Under the pieces are notes generated by a model. The model was not told the origin of the DNA. It did no database searches and saw only the letters and a list, made by a program, of their open reading frames with translations. From Amoebophrya sp. A120 (taxonomy: Eukaryota > Protista > Dinoflagellata), in assembly GCA_905178155.1 (NCBI GenBank), contig CAJINV010000001.1:155079-219078 (forward strand): 64,000 nt of DNA. The letters run 5' to 3'. Made by a program: the position numbers and the translations under genes. Below are positions 24,694 to 36,600 of this stretch, in pieces; the first letter of the stretch is position 1, and every line of letters starts with the position of its first letter.

Positions 24694-27600
24694 TCAACGT
24701 GTAAAGTCATTTTTCACGACGGCACAGCCAAGAAGTAGACCCACGGGAATGGCGACAATGAGAACAATATGAAACGGTTGAATTTGAATAGGAGCGATGT
24801 GGATGTCCCCTTGCGCAGCTAGCCCTACTAACGCGACCAGAGTATCAATGGAAAACTGCAAAATGTTTCATACCTATAAAGTACTAGCTAGCACGGTCGG
24901 GCACTGTTATGAGCACCATGGCGATCATTCTTGGCATTTTTGGGCGTCCCCACAAGCACGGTCGGACCGTGCTAGAAAAGCACCCAGCCGCGTGCTAGTA
25001 GTGCCTATGTGGGCGAAAAAGTGAATATATATCCAAAAAATGGGCCGCATATTTTCCGGCTTCGAAATATGCGGCCCACTTTTCGGATATATATTCACTT
25101 TTTCGCCCACATAGGCACTACTAGCACGCGGCTGGCTGCTTTTCTAGCACGGTCCGACCGTGCTTGTGGGGACGCCACAAAATGCGAAGAATGACCGAAA
25201 TCGCGCTCATAACAGTGCCCGGCCGTGCTAGCTAGTACTTTATAGGTATGAAACTTTTCTACATTTTCCATCCCTAGACCAGAGCTGCGAGCGCAACAAG
25301 CATAAGAATGAAAACTATTTTGAATATGGAACCACACCCGGCGACCGAATCCAGAAACTTCAAGCACGATCGTGCTACAAAATTACATGGTCGCATTACG
25401 TGTTTGCAGCACTCCATTTTTCCCCGGGCCGCGGGGGAAGCACCTTCACCGCTTCCTGTGGGACTCCCGTTTCCGTTGACGACCGGTTGTGCCGCTTCGG
25501 CGGCTCCAGCAGGCACCGGTTCGCCGACGACCGGTTGCTGCCGCCGCGGCATCAAGCGAACCGCAGCACGGATTTTCGTCTTCCGCAAGTTCGACCAGGC
25601 GCTCGTCCGCGGCAACCAATTCCCGCTACCAGGTGTTGCCCCTTCTTCACCTTCTGCGGGGCGCGCGGGTGCCGGTTCGCCTCCAGAACCTGCATCGATG
25701 TGTTGCAAGGACGGCGAGTTCGACTGGGCGGGCCGCGGCGACTGATTTGTTTTTCTTTTTCCTCGCTGCGAGCGTCGGCTGCCGATATTTTTTCTATAGC
25801 GCCGGCTGTAGAACGGCGCTGAGCGTCGCTTGGTCCTCCTAGTGCTCTGGCCGCTTCGCGCTTCTTGTGCCGGAGGGTCGACCACTGAGGCAGTCGTGGC
25901 CGCCGTACTAGTTGCTGGAGTCTGTGGGTCGTTCGTCGGGGCGGGGCGCAACCTAGTCCTCAGATTTTTCAAGAGACTGATAGGGTTCAAGTTGATCCCG
26001 GGGCCAGCGGCGGGTTCATCGTATCCCGCAGAAAATAGCAGGTGGCAGGCCAGGGGCAGGGCATATTTGTATATGCAAAAATAAACACGTACATACACAG
26101 ATGAAAAATCTGTCATGCCTGTGCTCTTTAGGATACAACGCAGTACATATTTTCACTTTATTTTTGCATATTTATTTTTGCACTACAAATATGAACATGA
26201 TTATGACCTGCCTGCTTTTTTCTCTACTGGGATACTCCGGCTTCTTTTCTCTTCTGCTCCCGGTCGTTCGACCCGGCGTCGCTAGACCAAGACCACGAGG
26301 GAAAATTCATCCCCCCGCCGCTAGGTGTCATTCCTCGAGCGGGGCGCGCGGGTGCGATATGGACGCGTCACCAGGATCGAAATCGGCAACGTTGAAATAA
26401 TTTGTCATGCACAGATTGCCTGTATTGCAGAGCAGGCAAGAGATGAGGGCAACTGAAAGCCTGTTTGGGGTTAGCTAGAGAGAGAGCTGCTGAAGTAGCA
26501 CGACAAGAGATTTTTTCTTTCTCTCAACAGCGTGACAAACTGGATGTAGCTGATGCCGAAATTTGTCATGCGCCGCTTAGAAATTGGGCTTCCAACTGGT
26601 TGTATCGGTTTTAATTTTGTGCATCAAACTCAAATAAAAGCGGTTCAACTTTGTTGATTTCGATCCTGACGCTTCCATATGCGACGGGGCCATCGTTGTC
26701 TCTCCCCCAATAAGCGCTTTCTTCTTTTTTACTCTGTCCCCGGTTGCTGGACGAGAGTATGGGAGTCTCAAACGATACACTCTCAACTGCTACATGAATT
26801 TGTGTTCTTGCAAATATGCCAAAAGTCAAAGGACGTAGATTGAGATTGTGATTGCATCCCCAGCATTACAAATTCGGCACAGATCTTACTGCTGTTTACC
26901 CCTTCATCAAAAATTTGTCATGCGCAGCAGCTTCGGCGTGTCGTGGATCGATCTGGATCGGATGTTGATGTTAATTTTGCGTGACAAATCAATTCGTGTA
27001 GCAGTAACGTTTGAGAATGTAGCCACGTTTGAGAATCCCATAGAAGATGCGGGGCCGGAATTCGACCTCCCCCACGGAAGTTTACTCCACCACCCGTATG
27101 CGCTGGAAATACGTGTGGGCCTGGAAGGACGCGAACTTGTGATGGGCATTTCACAACGCCGCGCACAAATAATCCCTCGTCATGCATAGGCAACAAAAAA
27201 CACCCACAACTTCCTGTCACCAAAATGTAAATGGGGGATTTGTAGTCAACATGCGGACTAGAAGGCATTGCGGAACCTTCTCGGAATCTGTGATGCTGGG
27301 GCGTCCATGACGGAACTTGGCCTTCCTCTGTGTCATGCAAAAACAAACAGCATGACAAAAGTGCGCACCCTTCCAGACCCAGACATATTTGCAGTCGATA
27401 ACCCGCGGGCAGGTACTACCCCGTCTGCAGGGACCTCGGTTGCGATTGCAGCAGCAGCGCCACCAGGTCGTGGTCCTAGGTTGTGTGTAGCAAAAGTGGT
27501 CTCCCTGCCGTTCCTCGCTTGATGTGGTCCTCTCCTCGGCGGAGCACCGAAATAAGTATGGGCCGGCGTTTGATACCATTTTTGGACGAAGTACTTTCGT

Positions 27601-30600
27601 GATGGAGGCCGTCTTCCAGGTTTGTTGTTTTCCATGATCTCGGCCCGGTCGCCCTCGCCGCGAGCATCACGACCGCCTTGAGTCTGACCCCGCGGCAGCT
27701 TGCGCGCTGGCCGCGGCACAGTGGGTCGCGGCACGGGTGGCACGCTTTGCGCCTTTTTCTCCTCTGCCGGATTCAAGTACTGTTTCCCCGAAGATAAGAC
27801 GCGGCCCCACTCCGCTTGCAGAACCGGAAGGACGTCGAAGAAGCTCTGTACTAGACGCCGATCCACACCGCCATCCGTAGTCGTCCGCGACCGCGGAGAT
27901 CCCTGATCTTTCGCGAAGAGAAACTCTCCCACGCGGCGAAAGGAATCGCCTACGCCGCGCGCGATCGGGGCGCGGTGCATCAACTCCGCCAAAGTTGTAG
28001 TTGTAGCGGTTGTATGCACTGCAAATCCAGTATCGCACTCGTGGGAATATTAAATCGTAGGCATGCATTGCAAATGGAAATGCTATTCTGAAGAAAGTTT
28101 AAAAAGGTAAATCCACGTTACATTCTCATTTTTCACGCTGAGAAAATTTGTCCTGCGATTTACACTACGCACGATATTACTTTTGCAATGCATAAGATGC
28201 CGTCGACCCACCAGGTGCGTTTCTATTTCGGTTTTGGTCCTGCTCTTTCGCCTTCCTCCCATGCTTTGCAAAAGTGTCTGGGTCTGGAAGAATACAAACT
28301 TGTGATGCGCATTTCAGAACACAGAAAAATCCTCCATGCATAGTCAGCAAAAGCTGCCCACTTTCTGTCACCAAAGTGGGGGATTTGTGATGCGGATTCG
28401 GCAATGCGGAAGCTTCTGGAAACCTGTGGCGCTAGAGCTTCCATGCCAGACCTTCTGTGTTATGCAAAAACAGCATGACTCTTCCAGACCCAGACATTTT
28501 TGCAGTTGATACCTCCCGCTAAACGACAAAACGCCTTGGAAGAGCATAAACATGCCGATGAATACGCCAGAAAATTGAACCTCCGGCGATGCTGCTATTC
28601 TGCTGGGCAAAAGGATCACACTCGTTGGCGCACCAATTACGTTTATATATGGTTGCAGTACTGCATGACAAGGAAATCGGTCAATTTACATTTATTTTAT
28701 TATGTCGAGGTAGTCGGTCTTACGCACTAGTTCTTCGATTAGCAAAGCATACAAATAATTGCAAGAACTGGACATGGACGGGTTCCCCGCGTCGCGGGGA
28801 ACCGATGCATATTAATTAACGGAACACGAATGCAATTCCAATAAATATAAAAGTCCTACACCAACCGGAGAGGGAGAGCAGATACTTTTGCATTCAATAG
28901 AAGCCGCAATCTCGAAAAATGAAGCTGGAGCAGAAACGGCGCGTGGGGTTTTCGTTTTCGTCGGAGCCGCATGGGTCAATACTTCTACGTCAGCGCGCTG
29001 TACCGTGGGGTCGACGTGTCCTCGTCGGCTCTCGTGGGGTCCTCGACGTGTCCCCGTCTGTTGCTTCTGTTTTCGCCTGTTGGTGTTCCCCTGCAAGAAC
29101 TGCAAGAAGCTCCTTCTTGGCGTTCTGTGCGCAGCCGTTGTAGTTCTCGGGTCCTTCGTGTCGTGGCCGTCTATGGATGTGTCAGGATCGAAATCGGCAA
29201 AATCGAAAAATTTGTGATGCATAACATGTAGAGCACGACTGAAGGCCTGTATTGGGAAGCAGGCATATGAGACCGATTGTAAGCCTGTTTAGGGGTATGC
29301 AATGTGCTGCCCGAGTAGCATGACAGGAGGAGTCTTCTTTGCCCAAACAGCATGACAGACTGGATTGGGGTGCTCCCGAAATTTGTCATGCGCCAGTTGA
29401 AAACTGAGGCTCCAACTGACATCGATTCTGTGCATGACAAATTTTTCGATTTTGTCAATTTCGATTCTGACACTCCCATACCGTCCTTTTCTTGTGTAGT
29501 TTCTGCCCCGAGATCGCGCGCCCTGCCCAGTGTTTTCAGGAGCGAGCCCGAGAGAGCGTCCAAACTGGTAAAATGTTGCCAATCGATTCCCTGCATTTGT
29601 GCACCTCAAAAGTACCTGCACCATGATCGCAGCGCCAGAGAGCCTGCTGATACTGTGCCATTGATCACGCAGGTGCACTGCGCAATAAATTTAAATCTAC
29701 CTTGCGGGACGATTTATTAGCAGCAAAGTTGTAGTAGTGTCAGTGGCTGAAACTGAATATGAGAAACTGCAAGAGCATTACAATTACTAGCACTGGCAAG
29801 AAGCAAAGTACACGGTGAAGCTGTAGTTGAAGAAGTGCACTATAATTGTCAAATCGAATGTGAGTTTGTCACTCATGCGATGTTGCTGGTAGAGAATGCG
29901 AGAGCGACTGCGACTGAGGAGATGTGCATGAATGTAGTAAGGTGAAAATGTTGGGTCGTGAACAAGTGCGATAGTACTTTTGCACAGGATAGCACTGCGC
30001 GCTTGAGATTGGGGAGCAACAACCGAGCCGGGGCTTGGTCTGGTGCGGCGTCATCTTCAGGCGTCCCGAGCATCTCACCAAACATGTCCAGGGTGTCGCT
30101 CACGCGGGACATTGCGCGCTTCGCCCGTCCAAAGTACTTCTTGATAGTGGACGGAACCGATTGCTTTCCTCCGCCCCCGCCCTCCGCAAACACCCCAGAG
30201 GTGCCCCGCACTTTGGGCATCAAGAGGAAACTGTCCTGCATTGGAAACATGAGCAGTTTGCTGTCGGTAGACGAAAGGTCGCGCTCCGTCAACCTGGGAA
30301 AGACGCTCAGCACCTCCGCACCACGGTAAAGAGGCGGAGCGAAGTCGGTTCGCTGTATCTTCCGCGCTACGTCCTTTTCGTCGGCGAACGCCGCGAAGGT
30401 CGCCTGCAGAATCTGCTTTATCAACGCCTCAAGATACCGCTTGGCCCGCTTCCCCAGCGTCGCGCGAATGTAGTCTCGCTTGGCGTCCTCGCGGTCCGCC
30501 TTGATCGACGAAGATTGTCGCGCCGAGGTGGAGGTTCTTGTTCCCTTCTTGTTGTAGTCATACCCGCGAAGCAGCGCCTTCGGAATATGCAACCGACTGG

Positions 30601-33600
30601 ACTGGAGGAAGCCGCGCAGCAACCGGGCAATTTTTTTCGTTGCGAAGTGCAGGAGGAGGTAAAACGCGTAGTCTTCCTCCAGTAGCACCCCCTGGAGGCG
30701 TTCTGTGGACACCGCTGCGCCGCTGCTACGTGAAACGAGAGTTCGCGCAAAGCGTGCCCGGTCGTAGAAAACCCGGTAGACTCGGAGCTACCCCCGTAGT
30801 ACCCGTTATCGTCAAGAAAAATACCCCCTGTCCATACTTAAATAATACTAAGCGAAAATCAAAATATGCGCTGTTGATTTGTGTCCACTACACATCGACC
30901 ACGTCTTGCAAGAAGGCAACTTCGGCTCGCCGCCGCATTCTAATGAATTCTGGATTCCGTAGCCGTTTGACCACCTTTATGGCAGCCGTGTGTCAACATC
31001 ATGCGACACAGCTACTTATGGTTGTACGTGAATTACATGATCTGCCGGCGTCAGGGATTTATTATTGTGTACACAAATTCGGCATCCCGAGTTTCGGTTT
31101 TGATTGTAGTGCTAGTGGGGAGCAGGTGGTTTTTTCATTTTGTTGATTTTGATGCCCGCTGTTTTATTTTTTTCCCGGTTTGCGCCGAGCCGGACGCCGT
31201 GAACACGCGGAAGCCCCCAACTCGCGCGCGCGAAGAACTGCCGCTCGAAGTCGCGGCTATGGCGTTCTCAACCGTTACATTTTCAACTGTTCTTACATGG
31301 GTTTGTGATGCAAGAATGGCGAAAGAAGTCAAAGCAAGGAGGTTGCACCTGTAGCATTACGAATTCCGCACAGATTTAGGTGCTGTTTAGACTTGTTAAA
31401 ATTTACCATGCGAAGTAGCTTCGCCTTGTGGTCGCGAGTGTTGATGTTCGTTTTGCATTACAAGTCATTGTATAACAGCTGAGAATGTAACAGTTGAGAA
31501 CGCCATAGCGGTGGCCGACGCTTTGGAGGCTTGTGAAGGTTCGGCAGCCTTCGGCGCATGGGCGTAATTTTGATCCTGCAGCTGCCCCGGGGCAACTGGC
31601 TGCGCAGTCCCTGGGGGGAGAAGCCGGAGAGTATCGGCGGCCAAGTCCTCTAGGAAGATATGGATGCGTCAGGAATGAAATCGACAAAGTTGAAATGATT
31701 TGTCATGCATAAAATGCAGACCACAAAGCGCCTGTCTTGCAGGGTAGGCAAGTGAGGCAGATCGTAAGCCTGTTGGGGGGTAGACACTGGATTGGTAAAG
31801 TAGCACGACAAAAGGCGCCCTCCTTACCCAAACAGCATGACAAACGGGATTTCGGCTTTACCCAAATTCATCATGCACCACTCGCAAACTGGGTATCCAT
31901 TTTATGCATGGGAGATTATTTCAACTTTGACGATTTCAATCCTGGCACTCCCATAGACGATACGCGGGGCGTACGCCTGTGGCCCGCGAAGGCCAAGAAA
32001 ATACTCCAGAGGGACCGCTTCTAAAGAAATCCGGGCAGCCTTCTTGTTATTCTTATTTCCGCGTGAAAAAATGTCCTCTGGACTGGCGAAGGTTTGTTGT
32101 TGCTGCTGTTTCCGCCCGCCATGATCATGATTCGCAGCTTTTTTATCCGTGGTATCAGCCACGTGGTAAGTCAGCTGCGTCACCGCAAAAACAGCGCCGG
32201 GGCTGAACATGGGCGGTGGGCTCGCCGAGGTAATATATCCCACAGAAGAAGTGAAAGGGAGGCAGCACCACATAAATTAAAATTTGCAATGCAAAAACAC
32301 AAAATAAATCTCTCGTCGCGCGTGCTGTCCTAATAAGCAGCATGCTATACCATCGCCCATGACAGATTTATTTTGTGCGATTTGCGTCACGAAGATCAAT
32401 CATGATCTGCCGGTCTTTTTCTGTGGGATACGGTAGAGCTGCTGAAGACGGGGATTAGGAACGCCACCAGGTCACCGGCTTGCGGGAGTGTGTGGCGTTC
32501 TCAACTGTTACATTCTCAATTGTTACATGAATTTGTGATGCAAGAATTGCAAAAGTGAAAGGGGGGAGGTTGCACCTCTAGCATTACAAGTTCTGCACAG
32601 ATTTAGGTGCTATTTAGCCTTTCAAAAATTTGCCATGCGAAGTAGCTTCACCTTGTGGATGTTGATGTTCCTTTTGCATCACAAATCATGTAACAGCTGA
32701 GAATGTAACGTTTGAGAGTCCCATAAAGTGGAAACAGGTATTGCAAGTTGATCTGAAACTGCTGCTGTCGCAGGTGCTGATCACGATCGTTTTTACCTAT
32801 TTTTTGAGAAGTCTTCTGCGGCGGCAGCTTGACGGTAACGGGTGAGGCGAAATGCACCGGCAGCGACAGCTTCCTCGGCGACGATTTCTGAAGATTCCAA
32901 ATGTCGCTTATGGGATTCTCAAACGATACTCTCTCAACTGTTACATGATCTGTCATGCAGAATGCTGATCAGGATCAGCATCCACATGATCAGGCTACTT
33001 CACATGACAAATTTGTGAAGCAGGGCTAATGAAAATCTGTCGTGCCAAATTTGTAATGCGAGAGGTTCAAGCCCCCTTCTCTCACGACTTCACTGTTTCT
33101 ATTCTTGCAAGAACAGCTAAGAGTGTAACGTTTGAGAACGCCATATCGCTCTTGAACACCTTGCCGACCTGTCCCTGTAGCGCTGTCTGCAGCGGACCTT
33201 GTAACTCCGCGAACAACGGCGGGCCTTCGATCGGTGCCCCGGCCGTTTTATGCATTGCAAAAGTAATATCGCACTCGTATAAATGCATGACAAATTCCCT
33301 CAGCATGAGAAATAAAGATTGTAGTGCGGATTTACCTTGAGAAAAAAATTTGTAACGCATGATTGCAATACGAGTACGATACTTTTGCACAGGATACGTT
33401 TGATGTTGACCACGGAATATGACCTGTACGAAAACAGCTGTGCCTTCGGGTCGCAGCAGGCCGAGGTCGTTCCCTAGAAACCGGTTCACGTTCCCGGTGT
33501 CGGTACTCAAAGCCGCCATCAGCCCGCCACTTTCGCCTCCTGCCGACCTGGTGAGGGATTTGGTCAAGAGGCGCAGCGGCGCCTTGATCTCTCTGCTAGA

Positions 33601-36600
33601 AAGAAATTCTTTGGCGGAGGATCCACGACCGCTTGCCACGTTGAACATGCCGCGCGTCACCTGTCGCAGCGCCACTGCCCCCATACCGTTTGCAAAGAAA
33701 TCTACCCACGTCTCCGACGGCCTTGCGTTCTTCTTCTTCTCACCTCCTCGTCGGGAAGTAAAGCCAGCATGTTCTTTGGAGCGCGCACGACCTGACATCA
33801 GCTGCAGCCAGGTCATTTTTTCGCCGCCTTTGGTGAAAATAGTTTTAAAGACTATAGACAGATAAGGACTTGACTCAAAAGCTGTAGGGAAGAGTTGCGA
33901 AAACCTTAAACAGGCTCTAAAGTTGCGGCTCAACCTGCAGCAAACCTGGAGCAAACCCCTAGGGCTTTTCAAAATGGCGCTGCTTGCTACTCGCGAAAGC
34001 GCACGCTATTCGGCCCAAAAGATGGGGGTCGACCCGTAGGGAACAAGAAAAAATCACGAAAAGCGCGACACTTTGGAAGCGCTGAACCTGCATGCTATTA
34101 CGACAAAGCCTGGAGCTTTTCTGGGACTCGAGCTCTAGAGCTTTTCACATACTTGCGCTTTTATTTTTCGAAAGCGCATGCTGCTGTGGAAATATTTCCG
34201 ACAAATTCTGCGACTTGAGCTGTAGGGGTTCAGCGCGATGAACGACAAAGAAACCCCTGGGCGCTGCAAAAATAGCCCGAGCCCTACACGCAGCGACGGC
34301 CCCCGCGCTCAGAAGAGAAGCCCTGCAGCGAGCGCCCTGCAAGCAAGCATGCCTGGAGATCGGCCTGCAATGCCCCAAGCAGTCCTCTGCGCCCTCGGCT
34401 GCACACCTTCCCTGTAACCAACGCCCCGAGCCCGGGCCATTCACTACGCGGCCCCTGCGGAGAGGGGGGCCGCCTCGGCGCCTACTTCGACGCCTATTTC
34501 TACGCCTACCCCTGCGCCTACGCCTACCCCTGCGCCTACCCCTACGGCAACCCCTACGGCTACCCCTACCCTACGGCTACCCCTACCCTACGGCTACCCC
34601 TACGGCCACCCCTACGGCTACGGCTACCCCTACCCCTACCCCTACCCCTACCCCTACCCCTACCCCTACCCCTACCCCTACCCCTACCCCTACCACGTCC
34701 CTGCCCCTACTACGCCGACCCCTACCTCTACGCCTACTGCTACGCCTACTGCTACGCCTACTTCTGCGCCTACTTCTACGCCTGTGGCAGGGGGCGCTAT
34801 TTTTTTCAGCAAAGCCTCCCCCGTCGCCACATATGATTTTACGGCGCTCCATAGGCATACAAGCTTGCACACGCACAACAGATCTGTGCGCGCGTAGAGC
34901 GAGGCGCCGCCTAGAACTCAGCTAGCTCCTACGCAGAACGAAGGCAGGAGAAAGGTGGCCGCAGGAGCAGCCGCGCGCGGCCATGGATTCAGTCCTTGGC
35001 GATGTGGCCTCAAGGTACGTGACACGCAAGCCCCCGCCGCGGCTTTGGTGTATGCGTATGGGCAGGCGCTTCAGGATAAATCAGCGACGGTCTCAGGATA
35101 AATCGATGACGCTCTGACTAGCTTTGGAAGCAAGGGCCCCACGCGGGCGGCCGATACAGGATAGGCTGGCACCTTGTTCGGCGCCTTTGAATTTATTCCC
35201 GGCCAGGCTGTGACGCAAGCCTCCGCTTCGGCCGGATTCGCGATGTCGCTGCTCGCGACGTAACTCCTGAAAATCTGCGAACTTGCGCAAACGAAAAGCG
35301 GGGGCGGGCTTGGGGGGCCCCCTTTCATGAGGATACCAACGGGGGGTCGGTAGCCCTGCGAGAAGGCCTTAAAGGGGGGGCCTGGAGGACCTCGGAGGCA
35401 CCCCAACCCAAGGGGATTTCGGCTTGCAGCCCAGGAGGGCGCTCTGTTGGTCTCCGTGCAAAACAGTCGGGGCGAAGAAACGCCGCGTGGGACCAAGGGC
35501 CGGAAGAGCGCCGCGGCCGGCCGCGGCATCAATGAATGTCATCGGCAAGACCGCGCACGGCTTTGAGAGAGTTATTCTATCAAAGGCCACGCGTGGGCGC
35601 CTGTTTCGCCTGTTGGGGCGTGGGCCTATTGTTGGCTCCAGTTCGCAGCGCCTGTGGCTTTGGGTTGGCCGCGTATAATTGCTGTCATTTTAAACGAACC
35701 GGCAGCACTGCAGGGGCTGTCTGTTGGACATCTACGCCGGCCATGACCGACGAGCGCACGCAAAGCCGTGACGCAATGCGCCACCAATCCTGCCTTCAGA
35801 CTACCGAGCCCAGAATACCGCGGCAGGCGCTGTTGCTACGCGGTCGATTTCCACCGCCCACGAGGTATCTCCTATCTTATCTAGCGACGTCGACGGGTGA
35901 GCCATATGTAGCCGAAAACAGAGCAAAGCTTTTTGAAAAAAAGCGCTTCCCATGCATTGCCCTAGCGCCTACCCCTGCGCCTACGTACCCCTGCGCCTAC
36001 GCCCGCCCCTACGGCTACCCCTACGGCCAGGCCTACCCCTACGCCTACCCCTACCCCGACCCCTACCCCTACTACGCGCGCCCCTACCTCTACGCCTACT
36101 TCTACGCCTACATACTTCCACCCCTACTACGCCTACCCCTACTTTTACGCCTACTTCTACACCTACTTCTGCGCCTACTTCTACGCCTACTTCTACGCCT
36201 ACTTCTACGCCTACGCCTACTTCTACACCTACCTCTACGCCTACCCCGCCGCCTATTTCTGCGTCTAATTCTACGCCTACTCCTGCGCCTATTTCTACGC
36301 CTGCGCCTATTGCTGCGCCCTCAGCTACGCCTACTGGCCAGCTGCGTTCGCGGGCAACCGGGCCCCCAGTAGTCGGCGCGGCCCACTAATCCCCCCGCCC
36401 GCTCCTCGGGCGACGCCGGAGGCATTTTGATGGCGCCCCCGCGCCGCTTTGATTGAGTTTATTTGTTAAGGGCACACAGCGGAAGGCAGTGCCTATGAAT
36501 TGCAGTCGCTTTCGGTCTTCTTTGGGCCGGTTTTTTGCTTCATTGATTCAAGCCGCCGACCGCATGGGGACCAGGGGCGGAGCCCGTGCAGGTCTCGCAG

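Noticed and set aside
30956-30964. TCCGTAGCC, the 5' part of DinoSL
   Set aside because: Only 9 nt, expected by chance at this window size, and it lies inside an intron.
34627-34692. Telomeric repeat
   Set aside because: The unit is TAGGGG rather than the dinoflagellate TTTAGGG, and it is embedded in a degenerate internal array.
35536-36389. ORFs with (PT)n or (LLLR)n repeats
   Set aside because: Translation artefacts of the hexamer array inside a mobile element.
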